In this document: positions 1 to 12,362 of the stretch, piece after piece
Layout of the letters: each line of letters begins with the position of its first letter
Numbering within the stretch: the stretch's first letter is position 1
Origin: Nemertoderma westbladi
Lineage: Eukaryota > Animalia > Xenacoelomorpha
Direction: 5' to 3'
Length of the DNA stretch: 38,673 nucleotides
NCBI GenBank assembly: GCA_032718475.1
Contig: JAUCBJ010007681.1
Location: forward strand, 1-38,673
Position numbers and translations under genes: made by a program
Notes under the pieces: generated by a model
What the model was told of the DNA's origin: nothing
Databases searched by the model: none
The model's input: the letters and a program-made list of their open reading frames with translations, nothing else

Positions 1-240
1 TCCGGAAATCGAAGCCTTTTTCTATCTGCCAACATCCTGGGCTTTACTTACACTCAGCCTCTATTCACTGGCTGTGATTGACAAGCCAACTTGCCTCAGA
101 AGTTCCTTTAATGAATGCCGCAATTTATATTTGGCCATCTATCTTTAATCTGTTTCTCCAGTTATGCTGCACCACCATTTCACGTGTACATGTTCTTAGG
201 TTATGTCGGTAGTCCTACCATTTTATTTAAATTGATCTAT

Positions 241-345
241 TTTTAATGTTTATATTATAACAATGAACCGCTGAGGACGCCCGCAACGGGTGAAATGCGC
301 ATACGGTAACATTTAATTATTTTTACACCTCGTGGCAAGACCCTC
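241..345 (+). mobile_element. 3' UTR/pLTR remnant of a Penelope-like retroelement
   Basis: A hammerhead is followed by an AT-rich spacer and cgtggcaagaccct. The same layout, with cgtggctcaagaccct, occurs at 34014-34095 behind a PLE-like coding fragment. Confidence 0.6.
262..313 (+). ncRNA. Minimal type I hammerhead ribozyme (Penelope-like element pLTR type)
   Basis: Stem I is accg(267-270)/cggt(304-307), extendable by aatg/catt. The core reads CTGAGGA(271-277), stem II gcccg-caa-cgggt, GAAA(292-295). Stem III is the palindrome atgcgcat, and the cleavage triplet ATA ends at 303. Confidence 0.85.
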
Positions 346-430
346 TACACCCCCAACAGATTCTCCACCCCCGGAGTATACCTGAATTTAATTATGCTTA
401 CGCCACGCTCGACGTCAACCAGAAACATTA

Positions 431-3400
431 AGCCCCTGTAATAGGATAGGCGAGGCGGGGGTGTATGTGATTGAGTGATCCAGCCCCTGTAATAGGATAG
501 GCGTGACGGGGGTGTATGTGATTGAGTTATCCAGCCCCTGTAATAGGATAGGCGAGGCGGGGGTGTATGTGATTGAGTGATACAGCCCCTGTAATAGGAT
601 AGGCGTGACGGGGGTGTATGTGATTGAGTGATCCAGACCCTGTAGGATAGGCGTGACGGGGGTGTATGTGATTGAGTGATCCAGCCCCTGTAATAGGATA
701 TGCGTGGTGGGGTGTATGGGATTGAGTGATCCAGCCCCTGTAATAGGATAGGCGTGACGGGGGTGTATGTGATTGAGTGATCCAGCCCCTGTAATAGGAT
801 AGGCGTGGTGGGGATGTATGTGATTGAGTGATCCAGACCCTGTAATAGAATAGGCGTGACGGGGGTGAATGTGATTGAGTGATCCAGACCCTGTAATAGG
901 ATAGGCGTGACGGGGATGTATGTGATTGAGTGATCCAACCCTGTAATAGGATAGGCGTGACTGGGGTGTATGCGATTGAGTGATCCAGCCCCTGTAATAA
1001 GATAGGCGTGATGGGGGTGTATGTGATTGAGTGATCCAGCCCCTGTAATGGGATAGGCGTGACGGGGGTGTATGTGATTGAGTGATCCAGCTCCTGTATT
1101 AGGATAGGCGTGACGGGGGTGTATGTGATTGAGTTATCCAGCCCCTGTAATAGGATAGGCGTGACGGGTGTGTGTGTGATTGAGTGATCCAGCCCATGTA
1201 ATAGGATAATCGTGACGGGGGTCTATGTGATTGAGTGATCCAGCCCCTGTAATAGGATAGGCGTGACGGGGGTGTATGTGATTGAGTGATCCAGCCCCTG
1301 TAATAGGATAGGCGTGACGGGGGTGTATGTGATTGAGTGATCCAGACCCTGTAGGATAGGCGTGACGGGGGTGTATGTGATTGAGTGATCCAGCCCCTGT
1401 AATAGGACATGCGTGGTGGGGGTGTATGGGATTGGGTGATCCAGCCCCTGTAATAGGATAGGCGTGACGGGGGTGTATGTGATTGAGTGATCCAGCCCCT
1501 GTAATAGGAAAGGCGTGACGAGGGTGTATGTGATTGAGTGATCCAGCCCCTGTAATAGGATAGGCGTGACGGGGGTGTATGGGATTGAGTGATCCAGCCC
1601 CTGTAATAGGATAGGCGTGACGGGGGTGTATGTGATTGAGTGATCCAGCCCCTGTAATAGGAAATGCGTGACGGGGGTGTATGTGATTGAGTGATCCAGC
1701 CCCTGTAATAGGATAGGCGTGACGGGGGTGTATGTGATTGAGTGATCCATACCCTGTAGGATAGGCGTGACGGGGATGTGTGTGATTGAGTGATCCAGCC
1801 CCTGTAATAGGAAAGGCGTGACGGGGGTGTGTGTGATTGAGTGATCCAGCCCCTGTAATAGGATAGGCGTGATGGGGGTGCATGTGATTGAGTGATCCAG
1901 CCCCTGTAATAGGATATGCGTGCTGGGGGTGTATGGGATTGAGTGATCCAGCCCCTGTAATAGGATAGGCGTGACGGGGGTGTATGGGATTGAGTGATCC
2001 AGCCCCTGTAATAGGATAGGCGTGACGGGGGTGTATGTGATTGAGTGATCCAGCCCCTGTAATAGGATATGCGTGGTGGGGGTGTATGTGATTGAGTGAT
2101 CCAGCCCCTGTAATAGGATAGGCGTGACGGGGGTGTATGGGATTGAGTGATCCAGCCCCTGTAATATGATAGGCGTGGTGGGGGTGTATGTGATTGAGTG
2201 ATCCAGCCCCTGTAATAGGATAGGCGTGGTGGGGGTGTATGTGATTGAGAGATCCAGCCCCTGTAATAGGATATGCGTGGTGGGGGTGTATGTGATTGAG
2301 TGATCCAGCCCCTGTAATAGGATAGGCGTGGTGGGGATGTATGTGATTGAGCGATCCAGCCCCTGTAATAGGAAAGGCGTGACGGGGGTGTATGTGATTG
2401 AGTGATCCAGACCCTGTAATAGAATAGGCGTGACGGGGGTGAATGTGATTGAGTGATCCAGACCCTGTAATAGGATAGGCGTGACGGGGATGTATGTGAT
2501 TGAGTGATCCAACCCTGTAATAGGATAGGCGTGACTGGGGTGTATGCGATTGAGTGATCCAGCCCCTGTAATAAGATAGGCGTGATGGGGGTGTATGTGA
2601 TTGAGTGATCCAGCCCCTGTAATGGGATAGGCGTGACGGGGGTGTATGTGATTGAGTGATCCAGCTCCTGTATTAGGATAGGCGTGACGGGGGTGTATGT
2701 GATTGAGTTATCCAGCCCCTGTAATAGGATAGGCGTGACGGGTGTGTGTGTGATTGAGTGATCCAGCCCATGTAATAGGATAGGCGTGACGGGGGTCTAT
2801 GTGATTGAGTGATCCAGCCCCTGTAATAGGATAGGCGTGACGGGGGTGTATGTGATTGAGTGATCCAGCCCCTGTAATAGGATAGGCGTGACGGGGTGTA
2901 TGTGATTGAGTGATCCAGACCCTGTAGGATAGGCGTGACGGGGGTGTATGTGATTGAGTGATCCAGCCCCTGTAATAGGACATGCGTGGTGGGGGTGTAT
3001 GGGATTGGGTGATCCAGCCCCTGTAATAGGATAGGCGTGACGGGGGTGTATGTGATTGAGTGATCCAGCCCCTGTAATAGGATAGGCGTGACGGGGGTGT
3101 ATGGGATTGAGTGATCCAGCCCCTGTAATAGGATAGGCGTGACGGGGGTGTATGTGATTGAGTGATCCAGCCCCTGTAATAGGAAATGCGTGACGGGGGT
3201 GTATGTGATTGAGTGATCCAGCCGCTGTAATAGGATAGGCGTGACGGGGGTGTATGTGATTGAGTGATCCATACCCTGTAGGATAGGCGTGACGGGGGTG
3301 TGTGTGATTGAGTGATCCAGCCCCTGTAATAGGAAAGGCGTGACGGGGGTGTGTGTGATTGAGTGAAACAGCCCCTGTAATAGGATAGGCGTGATGGGGG

Positions 3401-6400
3401 TGCATGTGATTGAGTGATCCAGCCCCTGTAATAGGATATGCGTGCTGGGGGTGTATGGGATTGAGTGATCCAGCCCCTGTAATAGGATAGGCGTGACGGG
3501 GGTGTATGGGATTGAGTGATCCAGCCCCTGTAATAGGATAGGCGTGACGGGGGTGTATGTGATTGAGTGATCCAGCCCCTGTAATAGGATATGCGTGGTG
3601 GGGGTGTATGTGATTGAGTGATCCAGCCCCTGTAATAGGATAGGCGTGACGGGGGTGTATGGGATTGAGTGATCCAGCCCCTGTAATATGATAGGCGTGG
3701 TGGGGGTGTATGTGATTGAGTGATCCAGCCCCTGTAATAGGATAGGCGTGACGGGGGTGTATGTGATTGAGTGATCCAGCCCCTGTAATAGGATATGCGT
3801 GGTGGGGGTGTATGGGATTGAGTGATCCAGCCCCTGTAATATGATAGGCGTGACGGGGGTGTATGTGATTGAGTGATCCAGCCCCTGTAATAGGATTGGC
3901 GTGACGGGGGTGTATGTGATTGAGTGATCCAGACCCTGTAGGATAGGCGTGACGGGGGTGTATGTGATTGAGTGATCCAGACCCTGTATGATAGGCGTGA
4001 CGGGGGTGTATGTGATTGAGTTATCCAGCCCCTGTAATAGGATAGGCGAGGCGTGGGTGTATGTGATTGAGTGATACAGACCCTGCAATAGGATAGGCGT
4101 GACGGGGGTGTATGTGATTAAGTGATCCAGACCCTGTAGGATAGGCGTGACGGGGGTGTATGTGATTGAGTGATCCAGCCCCTGTAATAGGATAGGCGTG
4201 ACGGGAGTGTATGTGATTGAGTGATCCAGCCCCTGTAATAGGATATGCGTGGTGGGGTGTATGGGATTGAGTGATCCAGCCCCTGTAATAGGATAGGCGT
4301 GACGGGGGTGTATGTGATTGAGTGATCCAGCCCCTGTAATAGGATAGGCGTGGTGGGGGTGTATGTGATTGAGTGATCCAGCCCCTGTAATAGGATAGGC
4401 GTGACGGGAGTGTATGTGATTGAGTGATCCAGCCCCTGTAATAGGATATGCGTGGTGGGGTGTATGGGATTGAGTGATCCAGCCCCTGTAATAGGATAGG
4501 CGTGACGGGGGTGTATGTGATTGAGTGACCCAGCCCCTGTAATAGGATAGGCGTGACGGGGGTGTATGGGATTGAGTGATCCAGCCCCTGTAATAGGAAA
4601 GGCGTGACGGGGGTGTATGTGATTGAGTGATCCAGCCCCTGTAATAGGATAGGCGTGACGGGGGTGTATGGGATTGAGTGATCCATACCCTGTAGGATAG
4701 GCGTGACGGGGGTGTGTGTGATTGAGTGATCCAGCCCCTGTAATAGGATATGCGTGGTGGGGGTGTATGGGATTGAGTGATCCAGCTCCTGTAATAGGAT
4801 AGGCGTGACGGGGGTGTATAGGATTGAGTGATCCAGCCCCTGTAATAGGATAGGCGTGACGGGGGTGTATGTGATTGAGTGATCCAGCCCCTGTAATAGG
4901 ATATGCGTGGTGGGGGTGTATGGGATTGAGTGATCCAGCCCCTGTAATAGGATAGGCGTGACGGGGGTGTATGGGATTGAGTGATCCAGCCCCTGTAATA
5001 TGATAGGCGTGGTGGGGGTGTATGTGATTGAGTGATCCAGCCCCTGTAATAGGATAGGCGTGGTGGGGGTGTATGTGATTGAGTGATCCAGCCCCTGTAA
5101 TAGGATATGCGTGGTGGGGGTGTATGTGATTGAGTGATCCAGCCCCTGTAATAGGATAGGCGTGACGGGGGTGTATGTGATTGAGTGATCCAGACCCTGT
5201 AGGATAGGCGTGACGGGGGTGTATGTGATAAAGTGATCCAGCCCCTGTAATAGGACATGCGTGGTGGGGGTGTATGGGATTGAGTGATCCAGCCCCTGTA
5301 ATAGGATAGGCGTGACGGGGGTGTATGTGATTGAGTGATCCAGCCCCTGTAATAGGAAAGGCGTGACGAGGGTGTATGTGATTGAGTGATCCAGCCCCTG
5401 TAATAGGATAGGCGTGACGGGGGTGTATGGGATTGAGTGATCCAGCCCCTGTAATAGGATAGGCGTGACGGGGGTGTATGTGATTGAGTGATCCAGCCCC
5501 TGTAATAGGAAATGCGTGACGGGGGTGTATGTGATTGAGTGATCCAGCCCCTGTAATAGGATATGCGTGGTGGGGTGTATGGGATTGATTGATCCAGTCC
5601 TGTAATAGGATAGGCGTGACGGGGGTGTATGTGATTGAGTGATCCAGCCCCTGTAATAGGATAGGCGTGACGGGGGTGTATGTGATTGAGTGATCCATAC
5701 CCTGTAGGATAGGCGTGACGGGGGTGTGTGTGATTGAGTGATCCAGCCCCTGTAATAGGAAAGGCGTGACGGGGGTGTGTGTGATTGAGTGATCCAGCCC
5801 CTGTAATAGGATAGGCGTGATGGGGGTGTATGTGATTGAGTGATCCAGCCACTGTAATAGGATATGCGTGGTGGGGGTGTATGGGATTGAGTGATCCAGC
5901 CCCTGTAATAGGATAGGCGTGACGGGGGTGTATGGGATTGAGTGATCCAGCCCCTGTAATAGGATAGGCGTGACGGGGTTGTATGTGATTGAGTGATCCA
6001 GCCCCTGTAATAGGATATGCGTGGTGGGGGTGTATGTGATTGAGTGATCCAGCCCCTGTAATAGGATAGGCGTGACGGGGGTGTATGGGATTGAGTGATC
6101 CAGCCCCTGTAATATGATAGGCGTGGTGGGGGTGTATGTGATTGAGTGATCCAGCCCCTGTAATAGGATAGGCGTGGTGGGGGTGTATGTGATTGAGTGA
6201 TCCAGCCCCTGTAATAGGATATGCGTGGTGGGGGTGTATGTGATTGAGTGATCCAGCCCCTGTAATAGGATAGGCGTGACGGGGGTGTATGGGATTGAGT
6301 GATCCAGCCCCTGTAATATGATAGACGTGACGGGAGTGTATGTGATTGAGTGATCCAGCCCCTGTAATAGGATAGGCGTGACGGGGGTGTATGTGATTGA

Positions 6401-8345
6401 GTGATCCAGACCCTGTAGGATAGGCGTGACGGGGGTGTATGTGATTGAGTGATCCAGACCCTGTAGGATAGGCGTGACGGGGGTGTATGTGATTGAGTTA
6501 TCTAGCCCCTGTAATAGGATAGGCGAGGCGGGGGTGTATGTGATTGAGTGATCCAGCCCCTGTAATAGGATAGGCGAGACGGGGGTGTATGTGATTGAGA
6601 TATCCAGCCCCTGTAATAGGATAGGCGAGGCGGGGGTGTATGTGATTGAGTGATCCAGCCCCTGTAATAGGATAGGCGTGACGGGGGTGTATGTGATTGA
6701 GTGATCCAGACCCTGTAGGATAGGCGTGTCGGGGGTGTATGTGATTGAGTGATCCAGCCCCTGTAATAGGATATGCGTGGTGGGGTGTATGGGATTGAGT
6801 GATCCAGCCCCTGTAATAGGATAGGCGTGACGGGGGTGTTTGGGATTGAGTGATCCAGCCCCTGTAATAGGATAGGCGTGACGGGGGTGTATGTGATTGA
6901 GTGATCCAGCCCCTGTAATAGGATAGCCGTGACGGGGGTGTATGTGATTGAGTGATCCAGCCCCTGTAATAGGATAGGCGTGGCGGGGGTGTATGTGATT
7001 GAGTGATCCAGTCCCTCTAATAGGATAGGCGTGGCGGAGGTGTATGTGATTGAGTGATCCAGCCCCTGTAATAGGATAGGCGTGACGGGGGTGTATGTGA
7101 TTGAGTGATCCAGCCCCTGTAATAGGATAGCCGTGACGGGGGTGTATGTGATTGAGTGATCCAGCCCCTGTAATAGGATAGGCGTGGCGGGGGTGTATGT
7201 GATTGAGTGATCCAGCCCCTGTAATGGGATAGGCGTGACGGGGGTGTATTTGATTGAGTGATCCAGCCCCTGTAATAGGATAGCCGTGACGGGGGTGTAT
7301 GTGATTGAGTGATCCAGACCCTGTAATGGAATAGGCGTGACGGGGGTGTATGTGATTGAGTGATCCAGCCCCTATAATAGGATAGCCGTGACGGGGGTGT
7401 ATGTGATTGAGTGATCCAGCCCCTGTAATAGGATAGGCGTGGTGGGGGTGTATGTGATTGAGTGATCCAGCACCTGTAATAGGATAGGCGTGGTTGGTGT
7501 GTATGTGATTGAGTGATCCAGCCCCTGTAATAGGATAGGCGTGACGGGGATGTATGTGATTGAGTGATCCAGCCCCTTTAATAGGATAGGCGTGACGGGG
7601 GTGTATATGATTGTGTGATCCAGCCCCTGTAATAGGATAGGCGTGGTGGGGGTGTATGTGGTTGAGTGATCCAGCCCCTGTAATAGGATAGGTGTTACGG
7701 GGGTGTATGTGATTGAGTGATCCAGCCCATGTAATAGGATAGGCGTGATGGGGGTGTATGTGATTGAGTAATCCAGTCCCTGTAATAGGATAGCCGCGAC
7801 GTGGGTGTATGTGATTGAGTGATCCAGACCCTGTAATAGGATAGGCGTGACAGGGGTGTATGTGATTGAGTGATCCAGCCCCTGTAATAGGATAGCCGTG
7901 ACGGGGGTGTATGTGATTGAGTGATCCAGCCCCTGTAATAGGATAGGCGTGACGGGGATGTATGGGATTGAGTGATCCAGCCCATGTAATAGGATAGGCG
8001 TGGTGGGGGTGTATGGGATTGAGTGATCCAGCCCCTGTAATAGGATAGGCGTGACGGGGGTGTATGTGATTGAGTGATCCAGCCCCTGTAATGGGATAGG
8101 CGTGGCGGGGGTGTATGTGATTGAGTGATCCAGCCCATGTAATAGGATAGGCGTGACGGTGGTGTATGTGATTGAGTGATCCAGCCCTGTAATAGGATAG
8201 GCGTGATGGGGGTGTATGTGATTGAGTGATCCAGACCCTGTAGGATAGGCGTGACGGGGGTGTATGTGATTGAGTGATCCAGCCCCTGTAATAGGATAGG
8301 CGTGACGGGGGTGTATGTGATTGAGTGATCCAGCCCCTGTAATAG
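431..8345. repeat. 51-bp minisatellite array, ~155 copies
   Basis: Unit agcccctgtaataggataggcgtgacgggggtgtatgtgattgagtgatcc, with 48-bp and 50-bp variants. It accounts for all ORFs between 345 and 8138. Confidence 0.98.
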
Positions 8346-8924
8346 ATGTCTGCTGATAGCTGTCGGTTGATAGCTGTCGGCTGATAGCTGTCGGCTGATA
8401 GCTGATGGCTGTCGGCTGATAGCTGTCGGTTGATGGCTTTCGGCTGGTAGCTGTTGGCTGATGGCTGTCGGCTGATAGCTGTCTGCTGATAGCAGTCGGC
8501 TGATAGCTGTCAGTTGATAGCTGTCGGTTGATAGCTGTCAGCTGAAAGCTGTTGGCTGTCGGCTGATAGCTGTCGGTTGATGGCTGTCGGCTGGTAGCTG
8601 TTGGCTGTCGGATGTCGGCTGATAGCTGTCTGCTGATAGCAGTCGGCTGATAGCTGTCAGTTGATAGTTGTCGGTTGATAGCTGTCGGCTGATAGCTGTC
8701 AGTTGATAGCTGTCGGTTGATAGCTGTCAGCTGATAGCTGTTGGCTGTCGGCTGATGGCTATCGGTTGATGGGTGTCGGCTGGTAGCTGTTGGCTGATGG
8801 CTGTCGCCTGATAGCTGTCTGCTGATAGCAGTCGGCTGATAGCTGTCAGTTGATAGTTGTCGGTTGATAGCTGTCGGCTGATAGCTGTCGGTTGATAGCT
8901 GTCGGCTGATGATTGTCGATTGAT
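8346..8924. repeat. 14-bp (2x7) degenerate tandem repeat
   Basis: (ctgtcggctgatag)n built from 7-bp subunits, about 40 copies. It directly abuts the 51-bp array. Confidence 0.95.
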
Positions 8925-8925
8925 G

Positions 8926-9138
8926 GTTTTTTGGTCTTTATGCTATTCACATTGTGGCCAACACTGGATCCAGCACCCACGGTAGATACGGCTACCTGAT
9001 TGTGGAGATATTTCCACCCCTTCAGCTTTATGAATATGGAGAGCTGTCCGCAACACATTGCACCACAATAATTAAGAGAAAATGGACTAATGTGTCTCCT
9101 TGAAGAACACACCAAGAAAGGTCTCTGTCTCTGTCTGT
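8926..9138 (-). pseudogene. Degenerate RTE-clade reverse transcriptase fragment
   Basis: The minus strand reads WCVLQGDTLVHFLLIIVV ... EGVEISPQSGSR ... SVGHNVNSIKTK. This is colinear with WGVLQGDTLAPFLFIIVV ... DGVMITPPTGSR ... SVGLFINSRKTK of the RTE at 23264-25932. The FADD segment is deleted. Confidence 0.8.
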
Positions 9139-9143
9139 AAAAT

Positions 9144-9213
9144 GTAAAGTAAAAGTCAAGTTTTATTCGGCCGTTAGGCCAGGGATTACGCACAAAGTAC
9201 GACTTGTTTCCAG
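9144..9213 (-). mobile_element. 3' fragment of the tRNA-derived SINE family
   Basis: The reverse complement ctggaaacaagtcgtactttgtgcgtaatccctggcctaacggccgaa...cttttactttac matches 24361-24431. Confidence 0.9.
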
Positions 9214-11115
9214 CTTGGCCTCAATGTAACATGTCTTTTGAATTTCGTTTATTGTTTTGGTTAGAATAAGGTACCACTGTAACGTGTTCATTTCCCTTGA
9301 TTTATAATTTAACATTGTAAATATTATTAATTCGCAGAGACGAGTAGTACCCAACACCTAGCCTTTTTCATTCGTTAATATTAATTCTACCTAAATGAGT
9401 TTGGGTGTTACTTTTATCGTTTGATCAGGTAAACCGCTGTAAATATAGATTTGGTTATATCCCGGATTTAATCTTGAATCTGATATCGCATAATCGTACA
9501 AAACGTTTCTGGCGTTAAATCTCTCAGAAGATTTGGAAGTTTATATTTCTACATGATGTGACATATTTATATCAAATCAAGGGTGGCCATACAGTACATA
9601 CGGTATGTGCACTTAAGAATTGTTATTATTCAGTCATACTGTACAGGCAATAATGACTCATTCTCATTGAATGTAGTTACGGGAATTCACATACATTTGG
9701 ACCACACACCATTACATAGTTTTCATTGTTAAACACATTCCATTTATGCGCTTGTAACCAACGTAGGTAGAGCCCAGTAAACATGAGTGATGGTTCCATC
9801 AATAGACTTATTGACGTTTGCCAGGAAAAGTATTGTGAGGATTGTTGAACGCCCAATTATGAGCTAATGCCTAATGGCCACGGATGCACTGGAGGGAGGT
9901 TACTATACAATAACAATACATTGACACAAGTCCGGGATTCGTCCCCTTATTGATGGACTCTGTAAGGTAGCGAATATTTATCTCAAGTTCTTCAGCATTG
10001 ATTATTCAGCAAACTAAATACTGTAGTAGGCCCTACTGTACAAATTTACATACAGATTCACATTACCCGCGATAATACAAATATAGTTGAACCACATATC
10101 ATCAGTTAAAAAGAGGAGGTTATCTACATTACCTTTGGACTGTTGGGAGAAACTACTGTAGCAGCGTTTTTCGTGAGGTGCACTTAGCCTGTTACGGGAT
10201 TCTCTACCATTAGGCCCACCACCCTCTGTCAGCGAATCATTGGCGCGGATTTGTAATGCTGCAGTATTGCACCAATTAAACCGTCAGGCTGGAATTCAAA
10301 AAGGGGAAGGCTGGTAGGCCAACTTCTGTACTTGTTTAGCTGTATTTGGTGTATTTATTGCGTTCAGTCAGGCATTCAGTGTTTTCAAACTTCTATTATC
10401 TCAGATACTTTGTCAGTTTTGGATTTTATTTCGAGATTTTACCTCATCGGGGTCAATCAGTCAATTAGACAGTTGAAGCCTTCCCTTAGGCAATTGGCAC
10501 TGTCAATCCTGACTGCAATACTTCCAAAATTTGCGCCAGATAGTGTCTTTAAACCGCGCCAGTGGCGGGTCCGAAATCGCGCCAATACCAACCTACTACT
10601 GTAGAAATTTTTTTAATAAAACATGAGAAAAACATGAAACACAGTTTCAAGCCAGTCGTTAATAAAATTTATCGTCCGGGCGGGTTCTCTCTTTAAAACA
10701 TTTAAAATATTTAATTGAAACATCTGATTAGTTTGGAACAATACTTAGAAATTATTTTTCGGCCTACAGTTTTCGTATAATCGGCGATTCTCCAGAATTA
10801 TATCATTTCATTGGCCAATCAATGTGTTACCATGCTGCCATGTCAATAATTAGCAATGCAATATACTGTATTATGTATTGTTGACTTAAAATATACTGAT
10901 ATACAGTATATTGATGTGTAGTTCTTTTGTCTTTTAAGAAACACACAAAATTCAAATTTAATAGTTAAATGTATTTAGGATTAGAGAGAGATTTTAACAA
11001 TACAAAATGTAAAAGAAACGCGGGCGAAGCGAGAGAAAGTTTTTGTGGCAAATATTGTTCTCACTTCTGCACTTTGCACGAACTTTAAGAGCTTTGAGAG
11101 CACGGGCTTTGAGAC

Positions 11116-11215
11116 CCTGTCGCTCCGCGCCAGGCAGCCAGGGCACTCAAATCGCGCCTGTCGCACCGCGCCAGGGCGGCAGGGCCCTCAAATCGCGCCT
11201 GTCGCACCGCGCCAG
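11116..11215. repeat. 41-bp GC-rich tandem repeat (~2.5 copies), probable subterminal repeat of a non-autonomous DNA element
   Basis: cctgtcgc recurs at 11116, 11157 and 11198. A related ccgcgccag...aaatcgcgcc sits at 10554-10583. Confidence 0.7.
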
Positions 11216-12202
11216 TTCACAATATTCTGCAAATCGTGTCAGAGAGCCGGCGCTTCACGCCAGGACTTACTTCGCTCCATATAATTATGTATTGCAGTAG
11301 GGCAGTGTGACTTTCTACAAAATATAATAGACAGATAGAATCAGTGGAGACTAGAGACGATATAATTCAGTAATTAGGTAGGCCTACTGCTGTACTGATG
11401 TACTTGTACCGCGTACGGCCAACCGGCTGGCACCTGACTGCCAGACACAGCGACCGGCAGCGGATGACAGCCCCGAGCCTAGATCAGTAGGTCGTGCAGG
11501 ACGAGTCATCGGTTATCAGTTATGGGTTAAACAGTTAAATGCGAAACGGTCGCCGATTGCACGTTCTGACATTACTGCATTAGGCTGTTGCTGTTAGGAC
11601 TGTAGGAGGCTTACTGCAATATGCTGATATGCCAATAATATGCGCTGTATCCGACAACAACTGTACACAGTACAAGAATCCTCCACCTTCAGCTCCACCA
11701 TTCCATCATTATGCTATTATCATCGATTAAATTTAACTCGAAACGACTTCGCGTACCCGTACCAACAGACCAATATGCCGTATTATACTATTACAGTATT
11801 ATACAGGTATAGCAGACCGCAGTATACTGGTATAGCTGTAGCTGTCAGGCTGTAGAGTGTATGGGCCTATCCTGTATCCTGCTATCTGCAGATCTGTTAT
11901 GTGTTATGGTATGGACTGTCTGATGGATGGTTAGACCTTGGCAGCTTGATGGAGGGTGTGTATGTATGGGTGTTGATCATGCTGGATTCCTCTACTGCCA
12001 GACTGCTGCTACTGCATACTGAGTACTCCTATTGCTATTATATTATATGACGTCGATTGTTAAACGGTCAGACGGTAAGTTTAATAATTACTAAATTACA
12101 TTGTCATGATTGTTACGGTACCGGTTCTAATTAGGCCTATCCGAATAATTTGTTGGGTTTTATTATAAAAATCGCTCTAATCGGTTTGCCTACCAGTGAT
12201 TT

Positions 12203-12362
12203 GGGTGCGGGTCGATTCGCCCCTCGACCTTTTCGCCCCAAGTCGATTCTGGATTTGCCCCACATTTTAGGGGCATATGGCTGTCAGGCTGTATGGACCT
12301 GCGCCTGCCTGGGGCGAATCGACTTGGGGCGAAAAGGTCGAGGGGCGAATCGACCCACACCA
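12203..12362. mobile_element. 160-bp MITE with ~47-bp TIRs and 9-bp TSD (MULE-like)
   Basis: gggtcgattcgcccctcgaccttttcgccccaagtcgattc is perfectly inverted at the right end. TSD cagtgattt lies at 12194-12202 and 12363-12371. The superfamily is inferred from TSD length only. Confidence 0.88.

Noticed and set aside
345-8138. Long minus-strand ORFs (up to 1059 aa) as genes
   Set aside because: They are translations of a 51-bp repeat that switch frame at indels, with no unique domain or gene context.
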